The notes: generated from the sequence alone by a model not told the origin. A stretch of 64,000 nucleotides of DNA from Dehalococcoidales bacterium (GCA_034430675.1 DAOUEB010000027.1:650-64649); one strand, 5' to 3'. Shown: positions 13,948-24,420, counted from the first letter of the stretch. Translations and numbers: made by a program.

Positions 13948-15405
13948 ATGAAAAGGAAATTGATAGTTGGTCTCATTTTAAGTGTGGTGTTGCTGTCCCT
14001 GCTGGGGACGACAGCCTGTGATTCGATAGGAGGTGGTCAGGACACGGTCAGCCAGCAGCAGGTCGAGGTGGCGCGTGGCGATTTAACGCTAAGCGTTACC
14101 GGCAACGGTAAAATAGAGACCTCGCGCGAGGCAAGGCTGACCTTCGGTAGTGCCGGTAAAGTGGACAGGATACTGGTGGCGGAGGGCGACCGGGTCATGG
14201 CCGGTGATGTGCTGGCCAGTCTTGATACCAGCACTCTGGAGCTAGCGGTAAACCAGGCACAGATGGTCCTGACGCAGGCAGAGGTTGCTCTGACACAGGC
14301 ACAGCTCGCGGAGGAGACGGCCGACTACAACCTGGAAAATACGCAGAATTCGGGAGACTCATTGCAGTTAGCTCTGCTGAATGCGCAGATAGCCCTGGAT
14401 ACAGCACAGGCCAATCTGAACGCTGGCATTACCGCCGTTGATTTTAACTCTATACTGGCCGAACTGAACAAGGCGCAAACCTGGTATGATAGTGTCAAGA
14501 TAATGGCACAGGACGCGAGTAGAACTTCGATTGATTGGGACTTGGCCCTGCTAAATGCCCAGGAAAACCTTGATATCGCTCAGGCCAACTACGATAACGC
14601 CCTGGCGGGATATGACTCCCGGCAGGTCAACCTCAGGAAGAAGCAGGTAGAGGCGGCGGAGCTATCCGTGGCTCTGGCGCAGAAAAATATAGATGACCTT
14701 GATAAAAGTGTAGCGCTCAAGGAGTTGCATCTGGTCTCCACCGAACAGGCCGTAACGCAGTCCCAGCAGGCGGTGGATTTAGCCCAGCAGTCTCTGGCTG
14801 ACGCGCAGCGCCAGCTTGACGAGGCTACCATCATTGCTCCATTTGACGGCGTGGTGGCGATGGTCCTGGCCGAGGAAGGTGATATTATTCCCTCGCCGTC
14901 CATGGCTCCCAAGACAATAATTCAAATGATAAACCCTGACTATCTGGAGCTGGTGATTGAGGTGGATGAGATAGACATACCGCTTGTGGAATTGGGGCAG
15001 GAAGCTGCCGTCAGTGTGGATGCCCTGCCTGGTAACGAGTATAAAGGTGTCGTGACGGCTGTCTACCCCGTGCCTATGGAGGTGGGAGGCGTTGTCCTGT
15101 ACCAGGTCAAGATAGGCCTCGACACCTCGGAAAACTCAGGAATCAAGGTCGGTATGAGCGCTTCCGCCGATATCGTGGCGGAAAAGCATGAAAACGTCCT
15201 CATGGTGCCGAGTCGGGCCATCACCAGGAATGACCAGGGTCAAACGATTGTTAAAGTTGTGGTGAATGATCAGGCTCAGGAGAGAGAAGTGGTCGTTGGC
15301 CTGGATGACGGACTGCGGGCCGAGATTGTCAGCGGAGTGAACGAGGGTGAGACGGTGGTGGTGGAAGTAAAGGTGAAGTCGACGTCGGGGATGAGCTTTT
15401 TCTAA
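13948..15405 (+). CDS. HlyD/MacA-family efflux adaptor (membrane fusion protein)
   Basis: ORF track 13918-15405. ATG 13948 is preceded by GGAGGAAG. Signal/anchor helix, long coiled-coil region (LAVNQAQMVLTQAEVALTQAQ...), and a C-terminal beta-barrel with the typical IIAPFDGVV motif. Confidence 0.85.
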   Translation: MKRKLIVGLILSVVLLSLLGTTACDSIGGGQDTVSQQQVEVARGDLTLSVTGNGKIETSREARLTFGSAGKVDRILVAEGDRVMAGDVLASLDTSTLELAVNQAQMVLTQAEVALTQAQLAEETADYNLENTQNSGDSLQLALLNAQIALDTAQANLNAGITAVDFNSILAELNKAQTWYDSVKIMAQDASRTSIDWDLALLNAQENLDIAQANYDNALAGYDSRQVNLRKKQVEAAELSVALAQKNIDDLDKSVALKELHLVSTEQAVTQSQQAVDLAQQSLADAQRQLDEATIIAPFDGVVAMVLAEEGDIIPSPSMAPKTIIQMINPDYLELVIEVDEIDIPLVELGQEAAVSVDALPGNEYKGVVTAVYPVPMEVGGVVLYQVKIGLDTSENSGIKVGMSASADIVAEKHENVLMVPSRAITRNDQGQTIVKVVVNDQAQEREVVVGLDDGLRAEIVSGVNEGETVVVEVKVKSTSGMSFF

Positions 15406-15420
15406 TCAATATATCAGGAA

Positions 15421-16134
15421 GTGTTAGCTATGTCGCCGAATAATGGCATGATTGAACTGGAGAACATCACCAAGATCTACCGCATGGGTAATGTCGAGGT
15501 GCCGGCTCTCAGGGGAGTGACTTTAGGCGTCCAACAGGGCGAGATGCTGGCGCTTATCGGCGCCTCCGGCTCGGGAAAGTCTACCCTGATGAATATCATA
15601 GGGTTTCTGGATAAGCCTACCGAGGGGAAATATATCCTTGAGGGGGTTGATATCAGCCAGCTCAATGATAACAAGCTGGCCGAGATGAGAAATAAGAAGG
15701 TAGGGTTTGTCTTTCAGACATACAACCTCCTGCCGAGGACTGCCGCCATAGCGAATGTAGAGCTGCCGCTCATTTACGGTGGCACCGGACAGAAACGTAA
15801 GCGGGCGATGGAAGCGCTGGAACGTGTCGGCCTGAAAGAACGGGCCACTCACAAGCCTTCGGAGCTTTCGGGCGGGGAGCAACAGCGTGTGGCCATTGCC
15901 CGGGCGCTGGTAAATGGCCCGTCTCTCATCCTGGCGGATGAGCCTACCGGTAACCTTGATAGCAATGCTACCGCCGAGATTATTTCTATCTTCTGCCGGC
16001 TTAATCAGGAAGGCATAACCATTGTCCTGGTGACGCATGAGCCGGATGTCGCCGCGAAGGCGCAACGCATCGTACGGCTGCTGGATGGAAAGATTGTTGA
16101 GGATAAGAAGGTTGACCCGGCAGCCCGTGATTAA
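15421..16134 (+). CDS. ABC transporter ATP-binding protein (MacB/LolD type)
   Basis: Walker [10 protein letters not shown], signature LSGGEQQR, Walker [13 protein letters not shown]. Confidence 0.93.
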   Translation: MLAMSPNNGMIELENITKIYRMGNVEVPALRGVTLGVQQGEMLALIGASGSGKSTLMNIIGFLDKPTEGKYILEGVDISQLNDNKLAEMRNKKVGFVFQTYNLLPRTAAIANVELPLIYGGTGQKRKRAMEALERVGLKERATHKPSELSGGEQQRVAIARALVNGPSLILADEPTGNLDSNATAEIISIFCRLNQEGITIVLVTHEPDVAAKAQRIVRLLDGKIVEDKKVDPAARD

Positions 16135-16159
16135 TCTGTGCAATCGAGGGAGATGAACC

Positions 16160-17410
16160 GTGAAGTGGATTGAGTCCTTTATTATAGCTCTGAGGTCGCT
16201 GGGGGCCAACAAGCTCCGCTCATCACTGACCATGCTGGGTGTTATCATCGGCGTTGGCTCCGTTATCACCCTGATGTCGGTGGGCAGGGGAGCGGAGGCA
16301 TCGATTACCTCTACGCTGGAAGGCATGGGCACCAACCTGATTTACATAACATCGCAGACACCCGGCGCGCAGGGGCTGGCTGCTATGGGAATGGCCAGTC
16401 AAAGCCTCACCATCAGTGATGCCGAGGCTATTGCCGAACGTGTTCCCTCGGTAGTGGCCGTAGCCCCGATAACGGAAAACTATGCTGAGGTGGCCGCCGG
16501 TGATGTAAGCGTCGCGGCTTTCATTGAGGCAACGACCCCGGAATATGAGTATGTATTGAACTTTCCAACGGAATACGGACAGTTTATTACCGCGCGGCAC
16601 GTGGCCTCCAGGGATATGGTAACGGTGCTGGGGAGCGACATCGCTGAAGACTTGTTCGGTGGTGAAGATGCGGTGGGGAAAAAGGTTAAAATCAACGGAC
16701 GCCGGTTCAATGTTATCGGCGTACTGGAAGCCAAGGGCGGGCAGATGATGGGTATCAGCATGGACGCCATAATTGTGGTGCCCATAACAACCTACCAGGC
16801 AAGGCTTTCCCCGGGGCAAACGGTACGTGGTGAGGATGCCATCCAGCAAATTGCCGTCCAGATAGAAAGTACCGAAGTCGCCGATATCGTTTCGGCGGAT
16901 ATTACGGAGTTATTATCGCAGCGTCACCGCATCACCGAGGAAGGTAGGGAAGACTTCCTCATCATGACGCAGGAGCAGATGATGGGGATGATACAGCAGG
17001 TCACCGGACTGCTCACGTTATTACTGGGGGCCATCGCCAGCATTTCCCTGCTGGTCGGCAGTATCGGCATTATGAATATCATGCTTGTTTCCGTGACCGA
17101 GCGCACGCGGGAGATAGGCATCCGCAAGGCGGTGGGCGCCAAGCGACGGGATATTCTGCTCCAGTTCCTTCTGGAAGCCGCCATGCTGAGTTTGTCCGGA
17201 GGCGTCGTGGGTATCATCGGGGGTTGGGCAGTGTCGTGGCTGATTTCCACCTTTTCGGCGGCGGCCGGTATCAGTATCAACGCCGTGGTATCTTGGGATA
17301 TCGTCATTCTGGCCATATCGGTCTCGGTATTCATCGGCCTTGTTTCCGGCATATATCCGGCCATGAGGGCGGCCAGGCTGAATCCCATTGACGCCCTGCA
17401 CTATGAGTAG
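16160..17410 (+). CDS. ABC transporter permease (MacB/FtsX family)
   Basis: 416 aa. N-terminal TM helix, large extracytoplasmic domain and C-terminal FtsX-like TM bundle with the ERTREIGIRKAVGA motif. Confidence 0.9.
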   Translation: MKWIESFIIALRSLGANKLRSSLTMLGVIIGVGSVITLMSVGRGAEASITSTLEGMGTNLIYITSQTPGAQGLAAMGMASQSLTISDAEAIAERVPSVVAVAPITENYAEVAAGDVSVAAFIEATTPEYEYVLNFPTEYGQFITARHVASRDMVTVLGSDIAEDLFGGEDAVGKKVKINGRRFNVIGVLEAKGGQMMGISMDAIIVVPITTYQARLSPGQTVRGEDAIQQIAVQIESTEVADIVSADITELLSQRHRITEEGREDFLIMTQEQMMGMIQQVTGLLTLLLGAIASISLLVGSIGIMNIMLVSVTERTREIGIRKAVGAKRRDILLQFLLEAAMLSLSGGVVGIIGGWAVSWLISTFSAAAGISINAVVSWDIVILAISVSVFIGLVSGIYPAMRAARLNPIDALHYE

Positions 17411-17422
17411 TACAATGCGGGT

Positions 17423-17911
17423 ATGAACTGGCTGGATATCGTCATTCTAATACTCATCGTAGTTCCGACGCTTATCGGGCTTAAAATCGGCATTATCAAG
17501 GCCCTTTTTAGCGTGGCCGGGATGATTGTCGGCGTGGTTCTGGCGGGGCGGTTCTCGGAGTCGTTAGGTGGGGTGCTGACTTTTATTTCCGACCCTGGCT
17601 GGGCTAGAATAGCCGCTTTTGCAATCATTTTGATAGCGGTGATGGTAATAGCCTCAGTCCTGGCTGCTGTGATAAAGTGGGTTATTTCGGCAGTGTTGCT
17701 GGGCTGGGTAAACCGGCTGGGCGGCGCTGTCTTCGGTTTTGTGCTGGGCGCCGTCTTCTGCGGGGCGCTGCTGTCCATGTGGGTGAACTTCCTGGGTATC
17801 GGCGACACCGTGTCCGATTCCGCCCTGGCGAAATTCTTGCTGGACAGCTTTCCTTTTGTGCTGGCATTATTGCCCGCCGAGTTCGATTCGGTACGCTCTT
17901 TCTTCCAGTAA
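17423..17911 (+). CDS. cvpA: CvpA-family membrane protein
   Basis: 162 aa, four hydrophobic helices. MNWLDIVILILIV... start typical of the colicin V production protein family. Confidence 0.7.
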   Translation: MNWLDIVILILIVVPTLIGLKIGIIKALFSVAGMIVGVVLAGRFSESLGGVLTFISDPGWARIAAFAIILIAVMVIASVLAAVIKWVISAVLLGWVNRLGGAVFGFVLGAVFCGALLSMWVNFLGIGDTVSDSALAKFLLDSFPFVLALLPAEFDSVRSFFQ

Positions 17912-18112
17912 AGAGAGCCTGATAACCCGCCGCTGCATCTTCTTATCTTTCCACACTTGACGTGGAAAAAAGACAATCAGACCTCACCTTGTTATTGCCA
18001 AGCAGGTCAGCCGAGTTATCGATCTGGTAGCGGCGGGCAAACGCCGCTCAAGCTATAGAAAGTGCTGAAATCCAGTCCGTATGGGGCTTACGTTATCTAT
18101 CCGGATGCCGCT

Positions 18113-18319
<207 letters not shown>

Positions 18320-18385
18320 TCAATTTACCTCCTGAATCTTTCCCTGAAAGATTCTACATGATTTATAGTATATTATGGACAGGGT

Positions 18386-18871
18386 CTATTTTTTACCAAC
18401 CCCTTTATTTCTAAGAGCTTCAGCCACATGTTTGGGAACGAGGCTGTTGATATCGCCTCCCAGGCTGGCGACCTCTTTCATCAGGCTGGAACTGAGGAAC
18501 TGGTACTCCTGGCTGGCCATGAAGCAGACAAGCTCCAGCTCCGGGTAGAGCTTCCGGTTTAACATGGCCATTTCAAATTCCCTCTCGTAATCGGCGCTCA
18601 TTCTCAGTCCGCGTACCAGGACATGGGCATTGACCTGCTTGGCGAAGTCCACGGTTATGTTATCGTATGGCATTACCTTGATATTGGGGAAATGGGCTAC
18701 AGCGCGCGTGGCCAGGTCTACCCGCTCCTCCAGGGTGAAGGTAAGGCGTTTATCCGGCGTGGCAAAGATGCCGATAATTATTTTATCAAAAAGCCTGGAA
18801 GCTCTGCTAGCAATATCGATATGCCCGTTGGTTATGGGGTCAAAGCTACCCGGATAGAGAGCTATAATCAA
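18386..18871 (-). CDS. coaD: phosphopantetheine adenylyltransferase
   Basis: 161 aa. The sequence ALYPGSFDPITNGHIDI (the HxGH-type nucleotidyltransferase motif is TNGH) matches CoaD. Confidence 0.93.
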   Translation of the reverse strand: MIIALYPGSFDPITNGHIDIASRASRLFDKIIIGIFATPDKRLTFTLEERVDLATRAVAHFPNIKVMPYDNITVDFAKQVNAHVLVRGLRMSADYEREFEMAMLNRKLYPELELVCFMASQEYQFLSSSLMKEVASLGGDINSLVPKHVAEALRNKGVGKK

Positions 18872-19422
18872 GGCTTGACCTCCTTCTGGTATATTGAAAT
18901 ACAGCTGTCACCGTGGCGGTGCTCTTTAACAAGGTTTATGGTGGCATAGCTCGGACTAAGGGGTAAGTGTGGGGAGTGGGTCACGACTACCGTCGTCTCT
19001 GTGCCGACCAGTCTGGAGGTTGCCAGTTGCGTGATGAAATTACCTATAGACGTATTAGAATAGGGTGGGTCCATCAATATAATGTTGTACTCCTTCTCAA
19101 TAAAGGAAAGTGCCTTGACGACGTCGCAGCAGTAGATACGGGCCTGCGCTGACAGTTTCGTCTTCTCTAGATTTTCCCTAATTATACCACAACACCTTGG
19201 TTCGCTTTCAACAAAGTCCACCCAGCCGGCGCCACGACTGAGAGCTTCAATGCCCAGGGCACCGCTACCGGAAAATAAATCAAGCACCTGTGACCAGCCG
19301 CTGGCAACATTTTCCAGGATGGAAAAGATGGCGCCCCGTACCAGGTCTGTTGCCGGACGGGTTGTCGTTCCTCTCGGGAATTTCAGTCGATGTCCTTTTG
19401 CCTTGCCTGTAATAACTCGCAT
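18868..19422 (-). CDS. rsmD: 16S rRNA (guanine966-N2)-methyltransferase
   Basis: 184 aa. GRRLKFPRG-like N-terminus, LDLFSGSGALGIEALSRG SAM motif and DPPY motif. Confidence 0.88.
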   Translation of the reverse strand: MRVITGKAKGHRLKFPRGTTTRPATDLVRGAIFSILENVASGWSQVLDLFSGSGALGIEALSRGAGWVDFVESEPRCCGIIRENLEKTKLSAQARIYCCDVVKALSFIEKEYNIILMDPPYSNTSIGNFITQLATSRLVGTETTVVVTHSPHLPLSPSYATINLVKEHRHGDSCISIYQKEVKP

Positions 19423-19520
19423 GTCCGGTGGGATGCATCTTTAATATCGAAGCCCGTCTTAAACAATGAAACCGCTAAATAATAGGATAACCAGATAACA
19501 TGAGATTTGTCAACAGAACC

Positions 19521-19559
19521 CTTAAAATAGGAAAGCTGCGGGCGGTTACCGCCCGCAGC
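19521..19559 (-). terminator. intrinsic terminator downstream of ftsZ
   Basis: Reverse strand GCTGCGGGCGG-TAA-CCGCCCGCAGC (11-bp stem) followed by TTTCCTATTTT. Confidence 0.7.
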
Positions 19560-19676
19560 CATTCTGGTATCTCAGGAGATTGATACTACTTATACTTTAT
19601 CATATCGAGCATCGTATGCTCATGCCTGTCCCCACTACCCATGATTACTTACCGTCAACTGCATTCAGGGGAATAA

Positions 19677-20807
19677 TTACTGGAAGTGATGCTGTTTTAC
19701 CGGTTCCGCCGGTACTTCGATCGGGGTAATCGTATGGCGCCGGTGATTAAACAACGGGCGGCGCAGGAAGGAAGGCATATCCAGTTCGTCTTCGGTCTTC
19801 ATGTTTTTGAGCAGCTTGGTGAGCTCGTCTTCCTCTCCGTCTTTACCCATACCCAGCTTGGCCTGGAATCCGGTGGTAATCAGGGTAATCCTTACTTCAT
19901 TTTCCATAGACGGGTCATTGGCGACACCGAAAATGATGTTGGCATCGGGGTCTACGGCGCCTTTGATGACATCGGCAGCCTGGTTAACTTCGAACAGGGA
20001 GAGGTTGTTACCGCCGACGACGTTGAACAGGACGGCCTTGGAGCCCTCGATGGAAACATCCAGCAGCGGGCTGGCCAGCGCTTCTTTGGCAGCATCGGTA
20101 GCCCGGTTCTGCCCGGAACCCGTACCGATAGACATCCAGGCCGGGCCGGCGTCTTTCATGATTGCCTTGACATCGGCAAAATCGAGGTTAATCATGCCGG
20201 GAGTAGTGATAACCTCGGCGATTGCCTGAACGCCGTGCCTCAGCACGTCATCGGCCAGTTTGAAGGCGCTGTCCACTCCGGTCTTATGGTCGCAGAGCGT
20301 CAGCAGGCGGTCGTTAGGGATGATAATCAGGGTGTCAACCTTATCTAACAAGTGGTTGACACCGTCTTCTGCCGTCTCCGTGCGGTGAGCACCTTCAAAG
20401 GTAAACGGTTTGGTGACCACGGCTATGGTGAGGGCACCGCTATGCTTGGATATTTCCGAAATGATAGGGGCTGCTCCGGTGCCGGTGCCGCCGCCCATGC
20501 CGGCGGTGATAAATACCATGTCTGCCCCGGAAACGAGCTCCTTCAAATCGTCGCGGTTTTCCTCGGCCGCTTTCGCCCCTATGTTGTGGTCACCGCCCGC
20601 GCCCAGACCCTTGGTGAGTTTGGCCCCAAGCTGCACGCATATCGGTGCCTCGCAGACAGCCAGTGCCTGAGCATCGGTATTCATGGCGATGAATTCCACA
20701 CCCTGAATATCCTCTCTGACCATACGGGTTACGGCGTTGCTGCCGCCACCACCCAGACCAATAACCTTAATCTTAGCCGGATTCGCAACAAAACTTGTTC
20801 TTGCCAT
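19677..20807 (-). CDS. ftsZ: cell division protein FtsZ
   Basis: 376 aa. Tubulin signature GGGTGTGAAP and IKVIGLGGGGSNAV N-terminus. Confidence 0.97.
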   Translation of the reverse strand: MARTSFVANPAKIKVIGLGGGGSNAVTRMVREDIQGVEFIAMNTDAQALAVCEAPICVQLGAKLTKGLGAGGDHNIGAKAAEENRDDLKELVSGADMVFITAGMGGGTGTGAAPIISEISKHSGALTIAVVTKPFTFEGAHRTETAEDGVNHLLDKVDTLIIIPNDRLLTLCDHKTGVDSAFKLADDVLRHGVQAIAEVITTPGMINLDFADVKAIMKDAGPAWMSIGTGSGQNRATDAAKEALASPLLDVSIEGSKAVLFNVVGGNNLSLFEVNQAADVIKGAVDPDANIIFGVANDPSMENEVRITLITTGFQAKLGMGKDGEEDELTKLLKNMKTEDELDMPSFLRRPLFNHRRHTITPIEVPAEPVKQHHFQ

Positions 20808-20861
20808 CTCCTCCTCCTTTCACTGGTGCTATAATTAATTTCTTGTTTTTATTTCGTATTA

Positions 20862-22079
20862 TTAACGGAATAGTTTTCTAAGCTGGGACGCCAGACGGTT
20901 CAGAGCACCGCCGAACATTCCTGACCTCCAGTGTTTTTTACCTTCATGCTTGGCCCCCCAGAGCAGGAGACCAACGCTGGTAGAATATGCCGGGTCTCGA
21001 AGCACGTCAGCGATGCCATAGACATCAGTGGGAGCTCCTACCCTTACCGGGAGCCTGAGGATATCACGTCCCATGGCAGCTATGCCGGAAAGGTTGGAAC
21101 TGCCGCCCGTGAGCACCAGTCCGGCTGGTACCAGTGCTTCATAGTCCGAGTTCGGCATTTCCAGGAGGATAAGCTTTAAAACTTCCTCGACTCTGGCCCT
21201 GATGATGTCACATAAATCCTGGTAGGAGACGCCGTGTCCGTCCTTGGATATGGCCGGCGCGGTATCCGTCTGGCCTTCGTAAACGGGCATGACACTGCCG
21301 TATTTCTTTTTCATCTCCTCGGCGATTTCAAACGGCAGTCCCAGGCCGATGGCAACATCACGGGTAAGCTGATAACCGGCTACCGGCAGGATGGAAGTAT
21401 GCCAGATGCTGCCCTCTCTGAAGACAGCCACGTCCGTGGTTCCGCCGCCGATATCGGCCATTATCACGCCTACCTGTTTCTCGTCTTCGGTGAGAATTGC
21501 CTCGCTGCTGGCCAGAGGTTCGAGGACGAGGTCCTCGATGTCTATCCCGATGCTGCGGATGCATTTTACGAGATTCTGAACGGAAGTAATAGCAGCTGTG
21601 ATGATGTGTGTTTCCACGTCGAGACGGAATCCATGCATGCCTATAGGATTCTTGACACCGGGCTGGCCATCGACAGCATAGCTGCGGGGGATGACATGAA
21701 GCAGCCTTCTGTCGCCGGCAGTTTTTACACTCTGAGCAGTGGCCAGGACGCGTTTCAGGTCATCAGGACGCACGACGCGGTCGTTACGTGTGATGGCAAC
21801 TACGCCGCGGTTATTCATCGAGGCAACATGACGGCCGGTAACGCCGACATAGGCCGATTCCAGTTTGTAGTCGCTGGCCTGTTCCGCCTTTCTTACTGAA
21901 TCACGAATTGACTCTCTGGCTTCATTGATATTGACCACCAGACCTTTATGCAGTCCTTTGGATGGGGCGATACCGACACCCACAACCCGGGGGTTGCCGC
22001 CGTCACTGACATCCGCCAGTATCGTGCATATCTTGGTGGTACCAACATCAATAGAAGCTACAACATTTCGTCTTTTCAT
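20862..22079 (-). CDS. ftsA: cell division protein FtsA
   Basis: 405 aa actin-like ATPase (DVGTTKI, DIGGGTTD motifs), immediately upstream of ftsZ. Confidence 0.93.
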   Translation of the reverse strand: MKRRNVVASIDVGTTKICTILADVSDGGNPRVVGVGIAPSKGLHKGLVVNINEARESIRDSVRKAEQASDYKLESAYVGVTGRHVASMNNRGVVAITRNDRVVRPDDLKRVLATAQSVKTAGDRRLLHVIPRSYAVDGQPGVKNPIGMHGFRLDVETHIITAAITSVQNLVKCIRSIGIDIEDLVLEPLASSEAILTEDEKQVGVIMADIGGGTTDVAVFREGSIWHTSILPVAGYQLTRDVAIGLGLPFEIAEEMKKKYGSVMPVYEGQTDTAPAISKDGHGVSYQDLCDIIRARVEEVLKLILLEMPNSDYEALVPAGLVLTGGSSNLSGIAAMGRDILRLPVRVGAPTDVYGIADVLRDPAYSTSVGLLLWGAKHEGKKHWRSGMFGGALNRLASQLRKLFR

Positions 22080-22167
22080 CTGCCCTCCTTAGTAACTGGA
22101 TTTAGATTCCCTTTTCGGTACCCAGTTATTACATATAGATAACCTCCTTATCTGACTCTGCCGTATA

Positions 22168-23220
22168 CTAGGCCGCTAAAAAGGCCATTCTGATTTTTTG
22201 TAATAAGGCCGGCCTTCGCCAGCCTCTGGACTTGGCGATGGTTATGAAGGCATGGTCCTCGGGGGTTGCATAGCAATCACCCTGGATAATAATGCGCTCG
22301 GCCGCTCTCAATTTGGCGCTGCGGCTGCGCGGGTTAAGTTGAATCTCCGTGGTGGTAGGGGTAATAACTTTCTTATTGATTAGTCTTAAGCGCGGCGTGT
22401 GGCCGCAGATGCAGGTAGGGGTTCCCGGAGGGCAGATGCAGCTTCTGGCTTCTCTTTGCATAAACTGCTTGACAATGCGGTCTTCTAATGAATGATAGGT
22501 AATAACAACCAGCCTGCCCTCGTAGCCGAGCAGGTCAACCGCCTGTCTCAGGGCTGCTTCCAGGTGCTCAAGTTCATGGTTGACGGCGATGCGTAGTGCC
22601 TGGAAGGTCTTGGTGGCCGGATGCAGCTTACCTCTCCGGCCGACAGCCTTCTCTATCAGCTGGGCCAGCTGGCGTGTAGTCTCTATCGGGCGTTCCTTTA
22701 CGATGTGCTGGGCGATGCGGCGGCTGTGGCCTTCCTCACCATAGGTTTTAATAAGGTGGGCCAGCCTCGCCTCCGAGGTGGTATTAACGATATCGGCGGC
22801 GGTAATCTTCTGGGAGGGGTTAAAACGCATATCCAGCGGGGCATCATGCTGAAAGCTGAAACCGCGACCGTTACCGTTGAGTTGCATTGAGGAGAGGCCC
22901 AGGTCGAAAAGGATACCGTGTACCGGGAAAAAATCGTATTTAATGCAGATAGACTGCAAATTAACGAAGTTATCATTTACCAGTAGGGTGGAGTCTTTAT
23001 AATGCTGGAGTCTCTCCTTGGCGATTTCCATGGCGTAAGGGTCAGCGTCAATGCCCAGCAGTTGTCCGCCGGGTGAGCTGTGGTCCAGAATGGCGGTGGC
23101 ATGTCCCGCGTTGCCCAGCGTGCAGTCGATATAGCGGCCACCCGGCTGGACGGCCAGTGCCCTGAGCGCCTCTGAGAGTAGAACTGGAGTGTGGCTGGAA
23201 GCTGACCAGTGTTTTATCAT
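22168..23220 (-). CDS. rsmH: 16S rRNA (cytosine1402-N4)-methyltransferase
   Basis: 350 aa. [27 protein letters not shown] and SLEDR motifs of the MraW/RsmH family. Confidence 0.95.
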   Translation of the reverse strand: MIKHWSASSHTPVLLSEALRALAVQPGGRYIDCTLGNAGHATAILDHSSPGGQLLGIDADPYAMEIAKERLQHYKDSTLLVNDNFVNLQSICIKYDFFPVHGILFDLGLSSMQLNGNGRGFSFQHDAPLDMRFNPSQKITAADIVNTTSEARLAHLIKTYGEEGHSRRIAQHIVKERPIETTRQLAQLIEKAVGRRGKLHPATKTFQALRIAVNHELEHLEAALRQAVDLLGYEGRLVVITYHSLEDRIVKQFMQREARSCICPPGTPTCICGHTPRLRLINKKVITPTTTEIQLNPRSRSAKLRAAERIIIQGDCYATPEDHAFITIAKSRGWRRPALLQKIRMAFLAA

Positions 23221-23645
23221 CAGCTATTCTCCAGGCTTTCGATAATCTGCCAGGCCTGTTCCTGGCTTATATCCTTCTCTTCCTCCCAAAGTATTTTGTT
23301 CCATATCTCAAGGTAGGTATTGGAACCGGCAACGACAACTTCATCGACAATCTCGGCATGCTCGCGCAGCGGCGCCGGTATGGCAATCCGACCCTGATTA
23401 TCTATCCTGGTGCTGAAGGCCGTAGCGAAAAGGGCACGGCTCAGCTTCCTCATCTTGCTGCGTGATAGCGGGCTATTGGTGAGATTAGCGGAGAGTTTCC
23501 TCCATTCCGGTGCTGTGTAGACGGTGATGCATTTTTCGGCTCCGGGCGTCAGTACCACGCCGTCTTTCAAGGCACCGCGGAATTTGGGTGGGAGGGGCAC
23601 CCTGCCTTTGTCGTCTATCTTGTAATCAAACTCTCCGTAAAACAT
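23220..23645 (-). CDS. mraZ: transcriptional regulator MraZ
   Basis: 141 aa. The duplicated SpoVT/AbrB-like pattern (DDKGRVPLP... and DNQGRIAIP...) is typical of MraZ. First gene of the dcw-type operon. Confidence 0.93.
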   Translation of the reverse strand: MFYGEFDYKIDDKGRVPLPPKFRGALKDGVVLTPGAEKCITVYTAPEWRKLSANLTNSPLSRSKMRKLSRALFATAFSTRIDNQGRIAIPAPLREHAEIVDEVVVAGSNTYLEIWNKILWEEEKDISQEQAWQIIESLENS

Positions 23646-23659
23646 AGCCTCAATTTCCT

Positions 23660-23723
23660 ACCACGATTTACCACTACTACCCATATTTCACCATTTTATA
23701 ACACACTAACCCACATTTGTCAA
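23660..23723 (-). promoter_or_regulatory. mraZ promoter (TTGACA-17-TATAAA) followed by four ~10-bp-phased GTGGT/TGGGT boxes (MraZ operator-like)
   Basis: Reverse strand TTGACA 23723-23718 and TATAAA 23700-23695. Boxes (plus-strand ACCAC/ACCCA/ACCA) start at 23660, 23670, 23679 and 23690. Confidence 0.55.
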
Positions 23724-23910
23724 GTCTTTTCAGGGAATTTTTAAGAAATTGTGACAAATTCGTGACATATTCGGGTACTTCAGCTATGGTTGAAGCTGAA
23801 AATGAAAATCAGTATCTGGTGGGGAAGGGGGGGGAAGTGGTTCTTATACAGATATTTCCATCACAAGCCTCAGATATGGTACAATATATCTTGTTTTGTG
23901 AGAAGAGATT

Positions 23911-24411
23911 ATGTTGAATATAGCCATACTTACTATCAGTGATAAGGGTTCCCAGGGACAGCGCCAGGACAAGAGCGGCGAGGTAATCCGGGACATCCTG
24001 TCGCGGATAGAGAGTGCTATTATTAAATATGAGGTTGTCCCCGATGAGCGGGATATTATCGCCGGCAAGCTTATCGAGTGGGCTGACGGGGGAGGGGTGG
24101 ATGTTATTTTGACCACCGGCGGTACCGGGCTGGCCCGACGGGATGTCACGCCGGAAGCGACGCTATCGGTGATAGACAGGAGCGCTCCGGGTTTTGCCGA
24201 GGCGATGAGAGCCAGGTCCCTGGAAAAAACGCCGATGGCGGTATTGAGCAGGGGAGTGTCCGGCCTGCGAGGGCAGTGCCTTATCATCAACCTGCCGGGC
24301 AGTCCCAAGGCGGTACAGGAATGTCTTGAGGTGATATTGCCGGCCATTCCTCACGCCGTGGAAATCATTAAGGGAGAGGTGACGGAGCATACTATCGGTA
24401 TGCCGGGGTAG
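23911..24411 (+). CDS. MogA/MoaB-family molybdopterin adenylyltransferase-like protein
   Basis: 166 aa. ILTISDKGSQG, ILTTGGTGLARRDVTPEAT and INLPGSPKAV motifs of the MoCF_biosynth domain. Confidence 0.85.
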   Translation: MLNIAILTISDKGSQGQRQDKSGEVIRDILSRIESAIIKYEVVPDERDIIAGKLIEWADGGGVDVILTTGGTGLARRDVTPEATLSVIDRSAPGFAEAMRARSLEKTPMAVLSRGVSGLRGQCLIINLPGSPKAVQECLEVILPAIPHAVEIIKGEVTEHTIGMPG

Positions 24412-24420
24412 TTTGGGGCG

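Noticed and set aside
17950-17990. Hairpin TTTCCACacttgacGTGGAAA after cvpA, considered as a terminator
   Set aside because: It is followed by A residues on the plus strand and preceded (not followed) by the T run on the minus strand. It therefore fits neither orientation as a canonical intrinsic terminator.
23717-23917. 66-aa ORF in the mraZ-mog divergent spacer
   Set aside because: It lies across predicted promoter and operator sequence, has no SD, and is AT-rich with low complexity. It is probably non-coding.
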